The notes beneath the pieces are model-generated. The model saw only the letters and a list, made by a program, of their open reading frames with translations, searched no databases and was not told the origin of the DNA. DNA of 64,000 bases from an uncultured Bacteroides sp. (lineage in GTDB: Bacteria; Bacteroidota; Bacteroidia; Bacteroidales; Bacteroidaceae), in contig CALUGY010000083.1 of the NCBI GenBank assembly GCA_944320295.1, positions 3,430 to 67,429 on the forward strand. Direction: 5' to 3'. How positions within the stretch are numbered: the first letter of the stretch is position 1; every line of letters begins with the position of its first letter. A program made the translations under genes and the position numbers. This document shows positions 42,757 to 52,969 of the stretch, piece after piece.

Positions 42757-45006
42757 ATGGAAACAGTTTATTTGTGCATCGTTATCATTTTGGGTATCCT
42801 TGCCATCTACGACCTGATAGTGGGCGTGAGCAACGATGCCGTTAATTTTCTAAACTCATCTGTGGGTTCTAAGGCGGCAAAGTTCAGAACTATGCTTATC
42901 ATTGCCAGTATTGGTGTATTCATAGGAGCCGCTCTCAGTAACGGTATGATGGATATTGCGCGCCATGGTATATATCAGCCGCAATATTTCTATTTTGAGG
43001 AAGTGATGTGTATCCTCCTAGCTGTAATGCTTACCGACGTAGTGTTGCTTGATGTGTTTAATACCATGGGGCTACCTACTTCTACTACGGTGTCAATGGT
43101 CTTTGAACTGCTGGGTGGTACTTTTGCCTTGGCTCTGCTTAAGACATTTAATGATGACAGCATAGGAATGGGTAATCTTATCAACACAGACAAAGCACTT
43201 ACGGTCATCATGGCTATATTCGTGTCTGTGGCCATAGCTTTCTTTTTCGGTATGCTTGTGCAATGGATTGCGCGCGCAATCTTTACTTATAACTTTAAGA
43301 AACATTTGAAGTATAGCATTGCTATCTTTGGCGGTATAGCTGCTACGAGCATAGTTTATTTTATGCTCATCAAGGGATTGAAAGACAGCTCATTTATGAC
43401 TTCTGAACTGAATGGTTGGATACATGATAACACGGGGGTGTTGGTATCAGGTATGTTCGTGTTTTTCACCATTCTGATGCAGATACTTCATTGGTGTCGG
43501 GTAAATGTACTTAAGATTGTGGTGATGTTAGGTACCTTTGCCTTGGCTCTAGCCTTTGCAGGTAATGATTTAGTAAACTTCATTGGTGTGCCTTTGGCAG
43601 GATACTCTGCCTATCAGGATTACATGGCAAACGGGTTGGACCTTGGTCCCGGAGGTTTCTTGATGGATTCTCTACTTGATTCGGCCAAGACACCATGGTA
43701 CTTCCTGTTCGGTGCGGGTGCTGTGATGGTATATGCTTTATGGACTTCGAAGAAAGCACATAATGTTATCCAGACCGAAGTTTCGCTTGCACGTCAAGAC
43801 GAAGGTGAGGAAGGATTCGGTAGTACCCCAATTGCTCGTAAGTTGGTGCGTTTCAGTTTGAATCTCTCTAATGGATTGAATAAAATCATCCCTGAACGTA
43901 CTAAAGCATGGATTGAAACACGCTTCCGTAAAGAGGAACTGACTTTGGAAGACGGAGCCGCGTTCGACCTGGTACGGGCTTCGGTTAACCTTGTGTTATC
44001 AGGATTGCTCATTGCACTTGGCACATCGTTAAAACTCCCCCTGTCTACAACATACGTTACATTTATGGTGGCCATGGGTACCTCACTTGCTGATAGAGCG
44101 TGGGGGCGTGACTCTGCCGTATTCCGTATCACAGGAGTGTTGAGCGTTATTGGTGGATGGTTCATTACGGCAGGTGCAGCATTTACTATCTGTTTTATCG
44201 TAACTATATTGCTTCATTTTGGAGGGGTTGCGGCCATCGTCATCATGATTGCTATCGCCATCTATGCCCTTATTCATAGCCAAGTGCTTTATAAGAAGCG
44301 TAAGTCTAAAGAAAAAGACGAGGAAACCATAAAGCAAATTATGCGTAGCAACGATAATATGGAAGTACTGACCTTGTTGCGTAAACATACAAGAGAAGAA
44401 TTGATTAAAGTCATGACTTTTGCACAAGAGAACTTTGAACGAACCGTAACGGCTTTCCTGCACGAGAATCTGCGTGGCTTACGCCGCACAATGGGTTCCG
44501 TGAAGTTCGAGAAACAGCTTATTAAACAGATGAAACGTACGGGTACATTAGCCATAGGACGTTTGGACAATAATACTGTGTTAGAAAAAGGATTGTATTA
44601 CTTCCAAGGAAATGACTTTGCGGGTGAGTTGGTGTACAGTATCGGACGATTGTGTGAACCGTGCTTGGAACATATAGACAATAACTTCAAACCATTAAGT
44701 GCAGTACAGAAAGGAGAATTTACCGATGTGACGGAAGACATCTCTTATCTGTTGCAAACTTGCCGCCAGTTGCTCGAAAGTAATAACTATGCTAACTTGG
44801 AGGATGAAATAAACCGGGCCAATGAACTTAATGTTCAGCTCGCACACCTCAAGAGGGAAGAACTGCAACGCATCCAAAGCCAAAGCGGTAGTATTAAAGT
44901 CAGCATGGTATATCTTACCATGATTCAGGAGGCACAAAACGTTGTCAATTATGCAACTAACTTAATGAAAGTTAGTCGCAAATTCCAAACGGAAGAAAAT
45001 GCCTGA
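42757..45006 (+). CDS. inorganic phosphate transporter (PiT family) with helical, PhoU-like C-terminal region
   Basis: GVSNDAVN, GLPTSTT, AGNDLVN and LPLSTT PiT signatures. Confidence 0.9.
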   Translation: METVYLCIVIILGILAIYDLIVGVSNDAVNFLNSSVGSKAAKFRTMLIIASIGVFIGAALSNGMMDIARHGIYQPQYFYFEEVMCILLAVMLTDVVLLDVFNTMGLPTSTTVSMVFELLGGTFALALLKTFNDDSIGMGNLINTDKALTVIMAIFVSVAIAFFFGMLVQWIARAIFTYNFKKHLKYSIAIFGGIAATSIVYFMLIKGLKDSSFMTSELNGWIHDNTGVLVSGMFVFFTILMQILHWCRVNVLKIVVMLGTFALALAFAGNDLVNFIGVPLAGYSAYQDYMANGLDLGPGGFLMDSLLDSAKTPWYFLFGAGAVMVYALWTSKKAHNVIQTEVSLARQDEGEEGFGSTPIARKLVRFSLNLSNGLNKIIPERTKAWIETRFRKEELTLEDGAAFDLVRASVNLVLSGLLIALGTSLKLPLSTTYVTFMVAMGTSLADRAWGRDSAVFRITGVLSVIGGWFITAGAAFTICFIVTILLHFGGVAAIVIMIAIAIYALIHSQVLYKKRKSKEKDEETIKQIMRSNDNMEVLTLLRKHTREELIKVMTFAQENFERTVTAFLHENLRGLRRTMGSVKFEKQLIKQMKRTGTLAIGRLDNNTVLEKGLYYFQGNDFAGELVYSIGRLCEPCLEHIDNNFKPLSAVQKGEFTDVTEDISYLLQTCRQLLESNNYANLEDEINRANELNVQLAHLKREELQRIQSQSGSIKVSMVYLTMIQEAQNVVNYATNLMKVSRKFQTEENA

Positions 45007-45023
45007 TAAAATGACATTAGGTT

Positions 45024-45067
45024 CAAATAAAAAGGCTACACCCTATGAGGTGTAGCCTTTTTATTTG
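45024..45067. terminator. bidirectional terminator
   Basis: caaataaaaaggctacacc/ggtgtagcctttttatttg 19-bp inverted repeat. Confidence 0.9.
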
Positions 45068-45087
45068 GTTTCTTTTTTAACTTGTTG

Positions 45088-46548
45088 TCAGTCTATGTCT
45101 GCTTTGGCGTTTTCCTTTTTTGAAGGATGAAGTCCCATATCGGTTGCTTGTTGCATCATAAAGATACGGGCAGCTTCGTGTTCATTAGGAATCACTCCAT
45201 CTAAAATCGCATCTTTGATACGGCTCTTTAGTAAACCAACTTGTGCCGATGGGCCAATACCAAAAGTCTCCATAATCTCTTTGCCATCTATCGGAGGTTG
45301 GAAGTTGCGTATCCTGTCCCGTTCTTCTAAGTCTTTCAATTTGCGACGTACTAATTGAAAATTCTCAAGAAAACGACGTTTGCGTTCCATATTTTTCGAT
45401 GTAATATCTGCTTCACATAGTGTCATAAGGTCATCTATATCGTCTCCAGCCTCAAACAACAAACGGCGTACAGCAGAGTCGGTCACTACATCGTCTGCAA
45501 TTACAATGGGTCTCATGTGTAATCCTACGAGTTTCTGGACGTATTTCATTTTCTCGTTTAATGGGAGTTTCATACGTCTGAATATACTCGGAATCATCTT
45601 TTCCCCGACAAAATTATGATTGTGGAACGTCCACCCGACTTTGGGCTCCCAACGTTTGGTGGCAGGTTTAGCTATGTCATGCAACAATGCAGCCCACCTT
45701 AACCACAGGTCGTTCGTATTTCGGCTAATATTGTCAAGAACTTGCAAAGTATGGTAGAAATTGTCTTTATGGCCTTTCCCATTGCGTGTCTCTACCCCTT
45801 GTAAAGCTGCTAACTCAGGGAAAATGAGTCGTAATAGTCCAGAGCGTTCCAAATCGATAAAGCCTTTTGAAGGAATAGGTGATAGAATTATTTTGTTCAA
45901 TTCATCTGCAATCCTCTCTTTTGATATAATTGAGATTCGTTCGCAATTACGGCATAGCGACTCAAAAGTATTGTCATCCACATAAAAGTTGAGTTGTGTG
46001 GCAAACCTAATGCACCTCATCATACGTAACGGGTCATCGCTGAATGTTACGTCTGGATCAAGAGGAGTACGAATGTTCCGTTCTTTCATGTCCTCCATTC
46101 CCCCGAAAGGATCTACTAATTCACCGAAACGATCCTTATTAAGGCATACAGCCAAGGCATTTATTGTAAAATCACGACGATTCTGATCATCTTCTAAAGT
46201 CCCGTCCTCCACTACAGGTTTACGTGAGTCGTGTGAATAAGATTCTTTCCGGGCACCTACAAACTCGATTTCCAGGTCACGGTATTTTACCTGGGCAGTT
46301 CCAAAATTACGAAATACTGACACATGTGTTCCTTTGCCTAACATCTTTCCTAAAGTTTGTGCCATAGTTATTCCGCTACCCACTACCACCACATCAATGT
46401 CATTAGAGGGACGTTGCAGAAAGATATCGCGTACATATCCACCTACTACATAACATTCCAGCCCTAGACTATCTGCAGCCTGGGATATTTTTTTAAATAT
46501 GTCTTTATCGAAATATTGCTTCAGTTCGTAATCTGTTAGCTCTATCAT
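45088..46548 (-). CDS. cca: CCA tRNA nucleotidyltransferase with HD domain
   Basis: VGGYVRD, DIDV, RRDFTINA, DDPLRMMR and LLHDIAK motifs. Confidence 0.92.
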   Translation of the reverse strand: MIELTDYELKQYFDKDIFKKISQAADSLGLECYVVGGYVRDIFLQRPSNDIDVVVVGSGITMAQTLGKMLGKGTHVSVFRNFGTAQVKYRDLEIEFVGARKESYSHDSRKPVVEDGTLEDDQNRRDFTINALAVCLNKDRFGELVDPFGGMEDMKERNIRTPLDPDVTFSDDPLRMMRCIRFATQLNFYVDDNTFESLCRNCERISIISKERIADELNKIILSPIPSKGFIDLERSGLLRLIFPELAALQGVETRNGKGHKDNFYHTLQVLDNISRNTNDLWLRWAALLHDIAKPATKRWEPKVGWTFHNHNFVGEKMIPSIFRRMKLPLNEKMKYVQKLVGLHMRPIVIADDVVTDSAVRRLLFEAGDDIDDLMTLCEADITSKNMERKRRFLENFQLVRRKLKDLEERDRIRNFQPPIDGKEIMETFGIGPSAQVGLLKSRIKDAILDGVIPNEHEAARIFMMQQATDMGLHPSKKENAKADID

Positions 46549-46756
46549 AATTATATCATCACATCAATAAATGGGCTACAAAGATAGTGATTCTTACTCA
46601 TTTTTAAGAATAGAACGATTTTATGAGGAGAATGTAGCATGCAATTTCCTTTCTTACATACAAAATATCTGCATTTATTACTGGAAAAGTTTCCCATATA
46701 TGCAAAGATTTCATAATTTTGCAAACAGAAAACGTTCAAAACTTTAAGCTTACATT

Positions 46757-49483
46757 ATGGACAAGAAAAGAGTTTATACCTTTGGAAACGGCCATGCAGA
46801 AGGTCGGGCCGATATGCGTAACCTATTAGGAGGTAAAGGTGCTAATCTTGCTGAAATGAATTTGATAGGCATTCCTGTTCCTCCAGGATTTACCATCACG
46901 ACAGAAGTTTGTTCTGAATATTACAAAGTAGGACAGGAACAAGTTGTTTCATTACTAAAGGATGATGTGGAAAAAGCCATCGCACAAGTAGAAGAATTGA
47001 TGCATTCAAAGTTTGGCGATGTGACAAATCCGCTGTTGGTATCTGTACGTTCCGGTGCTCGTGCATCTATGCCTGGCATGATGGATACCATTTTGAATTT
47101 GGGCCTAAATGACGATGTAGTAGAAGGATTGACCCGTAAAACAGGTAACGCCCGTTTCGCATGGGATTCTTATCGCCGTTTCGTACAAATGTATGGAGAT
47201 GTGGTATTGGGCATGAAACCTGCAAATAAGGAGGACATAGACCCATTCGAAGCCATTATTGAGAAAGTTAAACATGCAAAAGGCGTTCGCTTGGATAATG
47301 AACTGGAAGTAGAAGACCTTAAAGAGTTAGTAAAAGAATTCAAGCAGGCTGTAAAAGAGAAAACAGGCAAGGACTTCCCGACTTGTGCTTATGAACAGTT
47401 GTGGGGGGCAATCTGTGCCGTGTTCAACTCTTGGATGAACGAACGGGCCATCCTTTACAGGAAGATGGAAGGTATACCTGATGAATGGGGAACTGCAGTC
47501 AATGTACAAGCCATGGTATTCGGTAACATGGGAGATACCTCTGCTACGGGAGTTTGCTTCAGCCGTGATGCTGCTACAGGCGAAGATTTGTTTAACGGCG
47601 AATATCTTATCAATGCACAGGGTGAAGACGTGGTAGCAGGTATACGCACTCCGCAACAAATCACGAAAATAGGCTCGCAGCGCTGGGCCAAGCTTGCAGG
47701 AATCAGCGAAGAGGAACGGGTAAGCAAATATCCATCCATGGAAGAGGCCATGCCTGAAATCTACAAAGAGCTGGATGCCCTGCAAACCAAGCTGGAGAAC
47801 CATTACAAAGACATGCAGGACATGGAGTTTACCGTGCAAGAAGGCAAACTCTGGTTCCTTCAAACACGCAATGGCAAACGCACAGGTGCTGCCATGGTGA
47901 AAATAGCAATGGACTTGAAGCGTCAAGGCATAATCGACGAAAAGACGGCCCTGTTGCGCTGTGAACCCAACAAGCTTGACGAACTTCTCCACCCTGTTTT
48001 CGATAAAAAGGCTCTGCAACAAGCCAAAGTCCTGACGCGCGGACTTCCCGCATCGCCCGGAGCCGCTTGTGGACAAATCGTATTCTTTGCAGACGATGCT
48101 GCCGAATGGCACGCTGCCGGCAAGCGCGTGGTCATGGTGCGCATCGAGACTTCGCCCGAAGATTTGGCAGGTATGACGGTCGCAGAAGGCATCTTGACCG
48201 CCCGTGGAGGTATGACATCACATGCGGCAGTCGTGGCTCGTGGTATGGGCAAATGCTGCGTATCGGGTGCAGGGGCGTTGAATATCGACTATAAGAAACG
48301 CACGATAGAGGTTGACGGGGTATTACTGAAAGAAGGTGACTTCATCTCCCTGAACGGAAGCACCGGTGAGGTTTACCAAGGCGAAGTGAATACCAAGGCC
48401 GCAGAACTCTCCGGAGACTTTGCCGAACTGATGGATTTGGCAGACAAGTATACCAAACTGCAAGTACGTACCAATGCCGACACGCCGCACGACGCAGAGA
48501 TTGCACGCAGCTTCGGTGCCGTGGGAATCGGCTTGTGCCGCACGGAGCACATGTTCTTCGAGGGTGAGAAAATAAAAGCAATGCGCGAGATGATTCTTGC
48601 CGAAGACGCTGCTGGCCGCCGCAAAGCATTGGACAAAATCCTGCCTTACCAACAAGCAGACTTCAAAGGTATATTCAAGGCCATGGAGGGATGCCCGGTG
48701 ACGGTGCGCCTGCTCGACCCGCCTTTGCACGAATTCGTACCGCATGACCTGAAGGGACAGCAAGAAATGGCCGATGCCATGGGGGTAGACTTGAAGTACA
48801 TACAGCAACGTGTGGAAGCTCTCTGCGAGCACAATCCCATGCTGGGCCACCGCGGATGCCGTCTTGGCAACACTTATCCGGAAATCACGCAAATGCAAAC
48901 CCGTGCTATCCTGGGCGCCGCATTGGAACTGAAGGCCGAGGGCGTGGAGACGCATCCGGAAATCATGGTGCCATTGACAGGTATTCTTTATGAATTCCAG
49001 CAACAAGAGGAAATCATCCGTGCCGAGGCTGCCAAGCTGTTCGAGGAGAAGGGTGACAGCATAGACTTCAAGGTCGGCACAATGATAGAGATACCGCGTG
49101 CCGCACTGACGGCAGACAAGATTGCCTCTTCGGCCGAGTTCTTCTCGTTCGGCACGAACGACTTGACGCAGATGACCTTCGGCTATTCGCGCGACGACAT
49201 CGCCTCGTTCCTGCCCGTCTACCTGGAGAAGAAGATTCTGAAGGTAGACCCGTTCCAGGTATTGGACCAGAACGGTGTGGGCCAGCTGATACGTATGGCC
49301 ACGGAAAAGGGACGTGCCGTGCGTCCTGACTTGAAGTGCGGCATCTGCGGGGAGCATGGCGGAGAGCCTTCGTCCGTGAAGTTCTGCCACAAAGTGGGCT
49401 TGAACTACGTGAGCTGCTCGCCCTACAGAGTGCCCATCGCACGCCGGGCCGCCGCCCAGGCTGCCGTGGAAGACACGCTCTAA
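46757..49483 (+). CDS. ppdK: pyruvate, phosphate dikinase
   Basis: LGGKGANLAEM, GGMTSHAAVVARG, GIGLCRTEHMF and GICGEHGG motifs. Confidence 0.97.
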   Translation: MDKKRVYTFGNGHAEGRADMRNLLGGKGANLAEMNLIGIPVPPGFTITTEVCSEYYKVGQEQVVSLLKDDVEKAIAQVEELMHSKFGDVTNPLLVSVRSGARASMPGMMDTILNLGLNDDVVEGLTRKTGNARFAWDSYRRFVQMYGDVVLGMKPANKEDIDPFEAIIEKVKHAKGVRLDNELEVEDLKELVKEFKQAVKEKTGKDFPTCAYEQLWGAICAVFNSWMNERAILYRKMEGIPDEWGTAVNVQAMVFGNMGDTSATGVCFSRDAATGEDLFNGEYLINAQGEDVVAGIRTPQQITKIGSQRWAKLAGISEEERVSKYPSMEEAMPEIYKELDALQTKLENHYKDMQDMEFTVQEGKLWFLQTRNGKRTGAAMVKIAMDLKRQGIIDEKTALLRCEPNKLDELLHPVFDKKALQQAKVLTRGLPASPGAACGQIVFFADDAAEWHAAGKRVVMVRIETSPEDLAGMTVAEGILTARGGMTSHAAVVARGMGKCCVSGAGALNIDYKKRTIEVDGVLLKEGDFISLNGSTGEVYQGEVNTKAAELSGDFAELMDLADKYTKLQVRTNADTPHDAEIARSFGAVGIGLCRTEHMFFEGEKIKAMREMILAEDAAGRRKALDKILPYQQADFKGIFKAMEGCPVTVRLLDPPLHEFVPHDLKGQQEMADAMGVDLKYIQQRVEALCEHNPMLGHRGCRLGNTYPEITQMQTRAILGAALELKAEGVETHPEIMVPLTGILYEFQQQEEIIRAEAAKLFEEKGDSIDFKVGTMIEIPRAALTADKIASSAEFFSFGTNDLTQMTFGYSRDDIASFLPVYLEKKILKVDPFQVLDQNGVGQLIRMATEKGRAVRPDLKCGICGEHGGEPSSVKFCHKVGLNYVSCSPYRVPIARRAAAQAAVEDTL

Positions 49484-49500
49484 CGCGGTAATAAACCATT

Positions 49501-49555
49501 GAACCAGGCTGCAATGCCCTGCCCCGCAGGTGCGTTGCAGCCTGGTTCGTTTTTA
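49501..49555. terminator. terminator between ppdK and the HU-like gene
   Basis: gaaccaggctgcaa/ttgcagcctggttc stem followed by a T run. Confidence 0.85.
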
Positions 49556-49566
49556 CGGGCAGGCGT

Positions 49567-49965
49567 TCACTTCATCAGTCCCTCCAACGCCGTCCACTCC
49601 ACATGCCGGGGCACGATGGTGCGTTTTGTCACCCGGTGGTTCTGTGCCCGGCTGTATTCGGGTATGAAGGCCACCGTCACCTTGCGGAACTGCTCCGGGC
49701 CCACCTCTTCGGGCGTATCCACCCCCTGCCCGTTGGCGTTGCCCACCAGGTAGAAGGTACCCAGCCCGTCCAGCTTTACCGAGTTGCCCGACTCCAACAT
49801 ACTGCCCAGCACTTCGCCCAATCCCATGAGCACGGCATAGGTGTCGCCCTTGCTCACCGTGGACAGTTCGGCCAGCCTCCGGGCCACCTCTTTCGTGTCA
49901 TACGTCCCCACCGTGAACGAGCGGGGATACCACTTCTTGCCAATCTTCTGCTTCTTGTAAAACAT
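49567..49965 (-). CDS. HU/IHF-like DNA-binding protein (Bacteroidetes-expanded family)
   Basis: EVARRLAELSTVSKGD...LESGNSVKLDGLGTF...VAFIP fits the HU fold with N- and C-terminal extensions. Confidence 0.88.
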   Translation of the reverse strand: MFYKKQKIGKKWYPRSFTVGTYDTKEVARRLAELSTVSKGDTYAVLMGLGEVLGSMLESGNSVKLDGLGTFYLVGNANGQGVDTPEEVGPEQFRKVTVAFIPEYSRAQNHRVTKRTIVPRHVEWTALEGLMK

Positions 49966-50018
49966 GACAGTATATTTTAATCCGGTTAAACGTATATCCC
50001 ATCCCTCTTGAGTGACGG

Positions 50019-50101
50019 TTTGATGTAGGAATCATCGTACATGATTCCCACAATCATCGTACATGATTCCTAGAATCATCGTACATGATTCCCACATCAA
50101 A
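50019..50101. repeat. family A 22-bp array, 3 units, bounded by 12-bp inverted repeats
   Basis: ATCATCGTACATGAT at 50031, 50053 and 50075; ends tttgatgtagga / tcccacatcaaa. Confidence 0.95.
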
Positions 50102-50103
50102 GG

Positions 50104-50111
50104 CAAAGATA
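50104..50111 (-). promoter_or_regulatory. -7 promoter element for the HU-like gene
   Basis: TATCTTTG on the minus strand. Confidence 0.65.
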
Positions 50112-50242
50112 ACACATCTTACTGACGTATGCAAGTGGCTTCAAAGCCGCTGTGTGCCCTGCTCCCTGCCCCGGCGAGGGAGGAACAGGAGGCTTCCGGA
50201 CTTAAATTTCTTAAAGGAAGACCCCGTCTGGATAGTTTTTCC

Positions 50243-50250
50243 TACATTTG
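50243..50250 (+). promoter_or_regulatory. -7 promoter element of the biotin operon
   Basis: TACATTTG ending 29 bp before the leader ORF ATG. Confidence 0.7.
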
Positions 50251-50279
50251 CACCGCTTAACAAGAACTGCAAGACAACG

Positions 50280-50699
50280 ATGAGACACACCGCCATCCAT
50301 AAACCAAGCATACGCTTCCGCCGCTGGAGCCGGAAGAGTTATGCCACCTTTGTCAGCATAGGGCGTTGCGTCACCATCGGCACCCTGGGCAAGAACGTCG
50401 TGGAAAAGTCGTTGTGCAAGCAGAAGGGGAGCATCCGCCCCATGGGCGGCCAGCCTGCGGGGAAGGACGCATTTGCCGACGGCCCATGCCTGCCCGGCGC
50501 GGCGGCGGGACCCGACACGGCGTGCATGCAGCCCGCCTTGGCCTGCCTCTGCATGGCATTGCCCCAGGCATGTCCCCTGCCCGACCATAGCATGATCTAT
50601 CATCCTTGTTATACCGCAACGAACACGGATTGCCGGCCGCACACAACGGGGCCGACCAGTCCGTGTTCGTTGCATATATGGCATAGCCAAACAATATGA
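50280..50699 (+). CDS. leader ORF / hypothetical protein upstream of bioB (139 aa)
   Basis: ATG follows the promoter; [24 protein letters not shown]; stop overlaps the bioB ATG (ATGA). Confidence 0.65.
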   Translation: MRHTAIHKPSIRFRRWSRKSYATFVSIGRCVTIGTLGKNVVEKSLCKQKGSIRPMGGQPAGKDAFADGPCLPGAAAGPDTACMQPALACLCMALPQACPLPDHSMIYHPCYTATNTDCRPHTTGPTSPCSLHIWHSQTI

Positions 50700-52957
50700 A
50701 TCCCATGAACATAGAACATCTCACACAACGCGTTTTGCAAGGGGGCCGCATCACGCCGGAAGAAGCCCTCCAGTTGGCATTGTCCGGCGACAAGGCCGGG
50801 CTGTATGAGGCCGCACATCGGATTACGGTGGCCATGGCTTCCGATACGTTCGACATGTGCTCCATCATCAACGCCAAGTCCGGCCGCTGCGGCGAGGACT
50901 GCAAGTGGTGCGCCCAGTCGGCCCACTACCGGACGGACGCCGACACGTACGGGTTGGTGGACGCGGACGAGTGCCTGCGCCACGCCCGGCATAACGAGCG
51001 GCAGGGCGTTTCCCGCTTCTCCATCGTGACCAGCGGACGGAAACCCGCGCGGAAGGAGCTGGAGAAGATATGCCAGACGGCGGCCCATCTGCGCCGGCAT
51101 TCATCCATCCGCCTCTGCGCCTCGCTCGGCTTGCTGGATGAACAGGAGATGAAGGCGTTGTACCAATCGGGCATCGTGCGCTACCATTGTAACCTGGAAA
51201 CGGGCGCATCGTACTTCCCCAGTTTGTGCAGCACCCACACGCAAGAAGAGAAGCTGCAAACCTTGCAAGCCGCTCGCCGCGTCGGCATGGAGATATGCAG
51301 CGGGGGTATCATCGGCATGGGCGAGAGCATGGAGCAGCGCATCGAGCTGGCCTTCACGCTCCGCAGGTTACAGGTAAGCTCCATCCCCATCAACCTCTTG
51401 AGCCCCATACCTGGCACACCATTGGAAGGGCAGGCGCCCCTGTCCGAGGAAGAAGTGCTTACCACCATCGCCCTGTTCCGCTTCATCAACCCCACGGCCT
51501 ACCTGCGCTTTGCCGGAGGACGTTCCCGGCTGGGCAAGGAGTGTCTGAAGAAGGCCCTGTACGTCGGCATCAACTCGGCCATAGTGGGCGACTTGCTCAC
51601 CACCCTCGGCTCCAAGGTGGAGGAAGACAAGCGGCTGGTGACGGAGTGCGGTTATCGCCTGGACGACACCCTCTTCGATGAGGAGCACCTATGGCATCCC
51701 TACACCTCCACCACCCGGCCGCTGCCCGTCTATAAGGTGAAGCGTGCCCAAGGCGCAACCATCGAGTTGGAGAACGGACAAGTGCTGGTGGAAGGCATGT
51801 CTTCCTGGTGGTGCGCCGTGCATGGGTATAACCATCCTGTGCTGAACCGTGCGGCGCAAGAGCAGCTGGAGAAGATGTCGCACGTCATGTTCGGCGGGCT
51901 GACCCACGAACCTGCCATCGAACTGGCGCGGCTGTTGCTCCCCCTCGTCCCACCCTCCATGCAGAAGATATTCTATGCCGATTCCGGTTCCGTGGCCGTG
52001 GAGGTGGCATTGAAGATGGCCGTGCAATACTGGCAAGCCCAAAGCATGGCGACAGGAGAAGAACGGCTTGCACGGAAGCAGAACTTCGTGACCATACATA
52101 ACGGTTACCATGGCGACACCTGGAACGCCATGTCCGTATGCGACCCCGTCACCGGCATGCACACTCTCTTCGGCTCGGCATTGCCCATACGGTACTTTGC
52201 CCCGCAGCCCCGCTCACGCTTCGACGGAGAGTGGGACGAACACGACATGGACGCACTACGCGCCATCGTCGAGCAACACCACGGGGAGCTGGCCGCCCTC
52301 ATCCTTGAGCCCATCGTGCAAGGGGCAGGGGGCATGTGGTTCTACCATCCACGCTATTTGCAGGAAGCGGCCCGCCTTTGTCGTGAATACAATATATTAA
52401 TGATATACGACGAGATTGCCACCGGCTTCGGACGTACGGGCAAGCTGTTCGCCTGGGAACATGCCGGTGTGGAGCCGGACATCATGTGCATAGGCAAAGC
52501 CATGACGGGCGGCTACATGACCATGTCTGCCGTACTGGCATCCAACCGGATAGCCGATACCATATCGAACAACGCGCCGGGCGTGTTCATGCACGGCCCC
52601 ACGTTCATGGGCAACCCGCTGGCATGTGCCGTGTCGTGTGCCTCCATCCGCCTGCTCACGTCGCCGGAGTATGACTGGCAGGGCAAGGTGCGCCGCATAG
52701 AGCAGCAGCTCCGCGCGGAACTGGCACCGGCCCGCAAGCTGTCGCAAGTGGCAGATGTACGTGTCTTGGGAGCCATTGGCGTGGTAGAAACCAAGGAGCC
52801 CGTGGACATGGCCCGTATGCAACGACGTTTCGTGGAAGAGGGCATATGGATACGCCCCTTCGGCAAGCTGGTCTACATCATGCCCCCGTTCATCATCGAC
52901 CCCGGACAGTTGACCAAACTGACCACGGGCCTGCTGAAAGTAGTGTCCGAATCATAA
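50696..52957 (+). CDS. bioB: fused biotin synthase / DAPA aminotransferase (BioB-BioA)
   Basis: Radical [11 protein letters not shown] and YHCNLET, then [33 protein letters not shown] and HGPTFMGNP. Confidence 0.95.
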   Translation: MNPMNIEHLTQRVLQGGRITPEEALQLALSGDKAGLYEAAHRITVAMASDTFDMCSIINAKSGRCGEDCKWCAQSAHYRTDADTYGLVDADECLRHARHNERQGVSRFSIVTSGRKPARKELEKICQTAAHLRRHSSIRLCASLGLLDEQEMKALYQSGIVRYHCNLETGASYFPSLCSTHTQEEKLQTLQAARRVGMEICSGGIIGMGESMEQRIELAFTLRRLQVSSIPINLLSPIPGTPLEGQAPLSEEEVLTTIALFRFINPTAYLRFAGGRSRLGKECLKKALYVGINSAIVGDLLTTLGSKVEEDKRLVTECGYRLDDTLFDEEHLWHPYTSTTRPLPVYKVKRAQGATIELENGQVLVEGMSSWWCAVHGYNHPVLNRAAQEQLEKMSHVMFGGLTHEPAIELARLLLPLVPPSMQKIFYADSGSVAVEVALKMAVQYWQAQSMATGEERLARKQNFVTIHNGYHGDTWNAMSVCDPVTGMHTLFGSALPIRYFAPQPRSRFDGEWDEHDMDALRAIVEQHHGELAALILEPIVQGAGGMWFYHPRYLQEAARLCREYNILMIYDEIATGFGRTGKLFAWEHAGVEPDIMCIGKAMTGGYMTMSAVLASNRIADTISNNAPGVFMHGPTFMGNPLACAVSCASIRLLTSPEYDWQGKVRRIEQQLRAELAPARKLSQVADVRVLGAIGVVETKEPVDMARMQRRFVEEGIWIRPFGKLVYIMPPFIIDPGQLTKLTTGLLKVVSES

Positions 52958-52969
52958 CTCCTCCGTGCG

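Noticed and set aside
50085-50279. N-terminal extension of the bio leader ORF given in the ORF track
   Set aside because: It starts inside the repeat array and upstream of the TACATTTG promoter element; ATG 50280 is more plausible.
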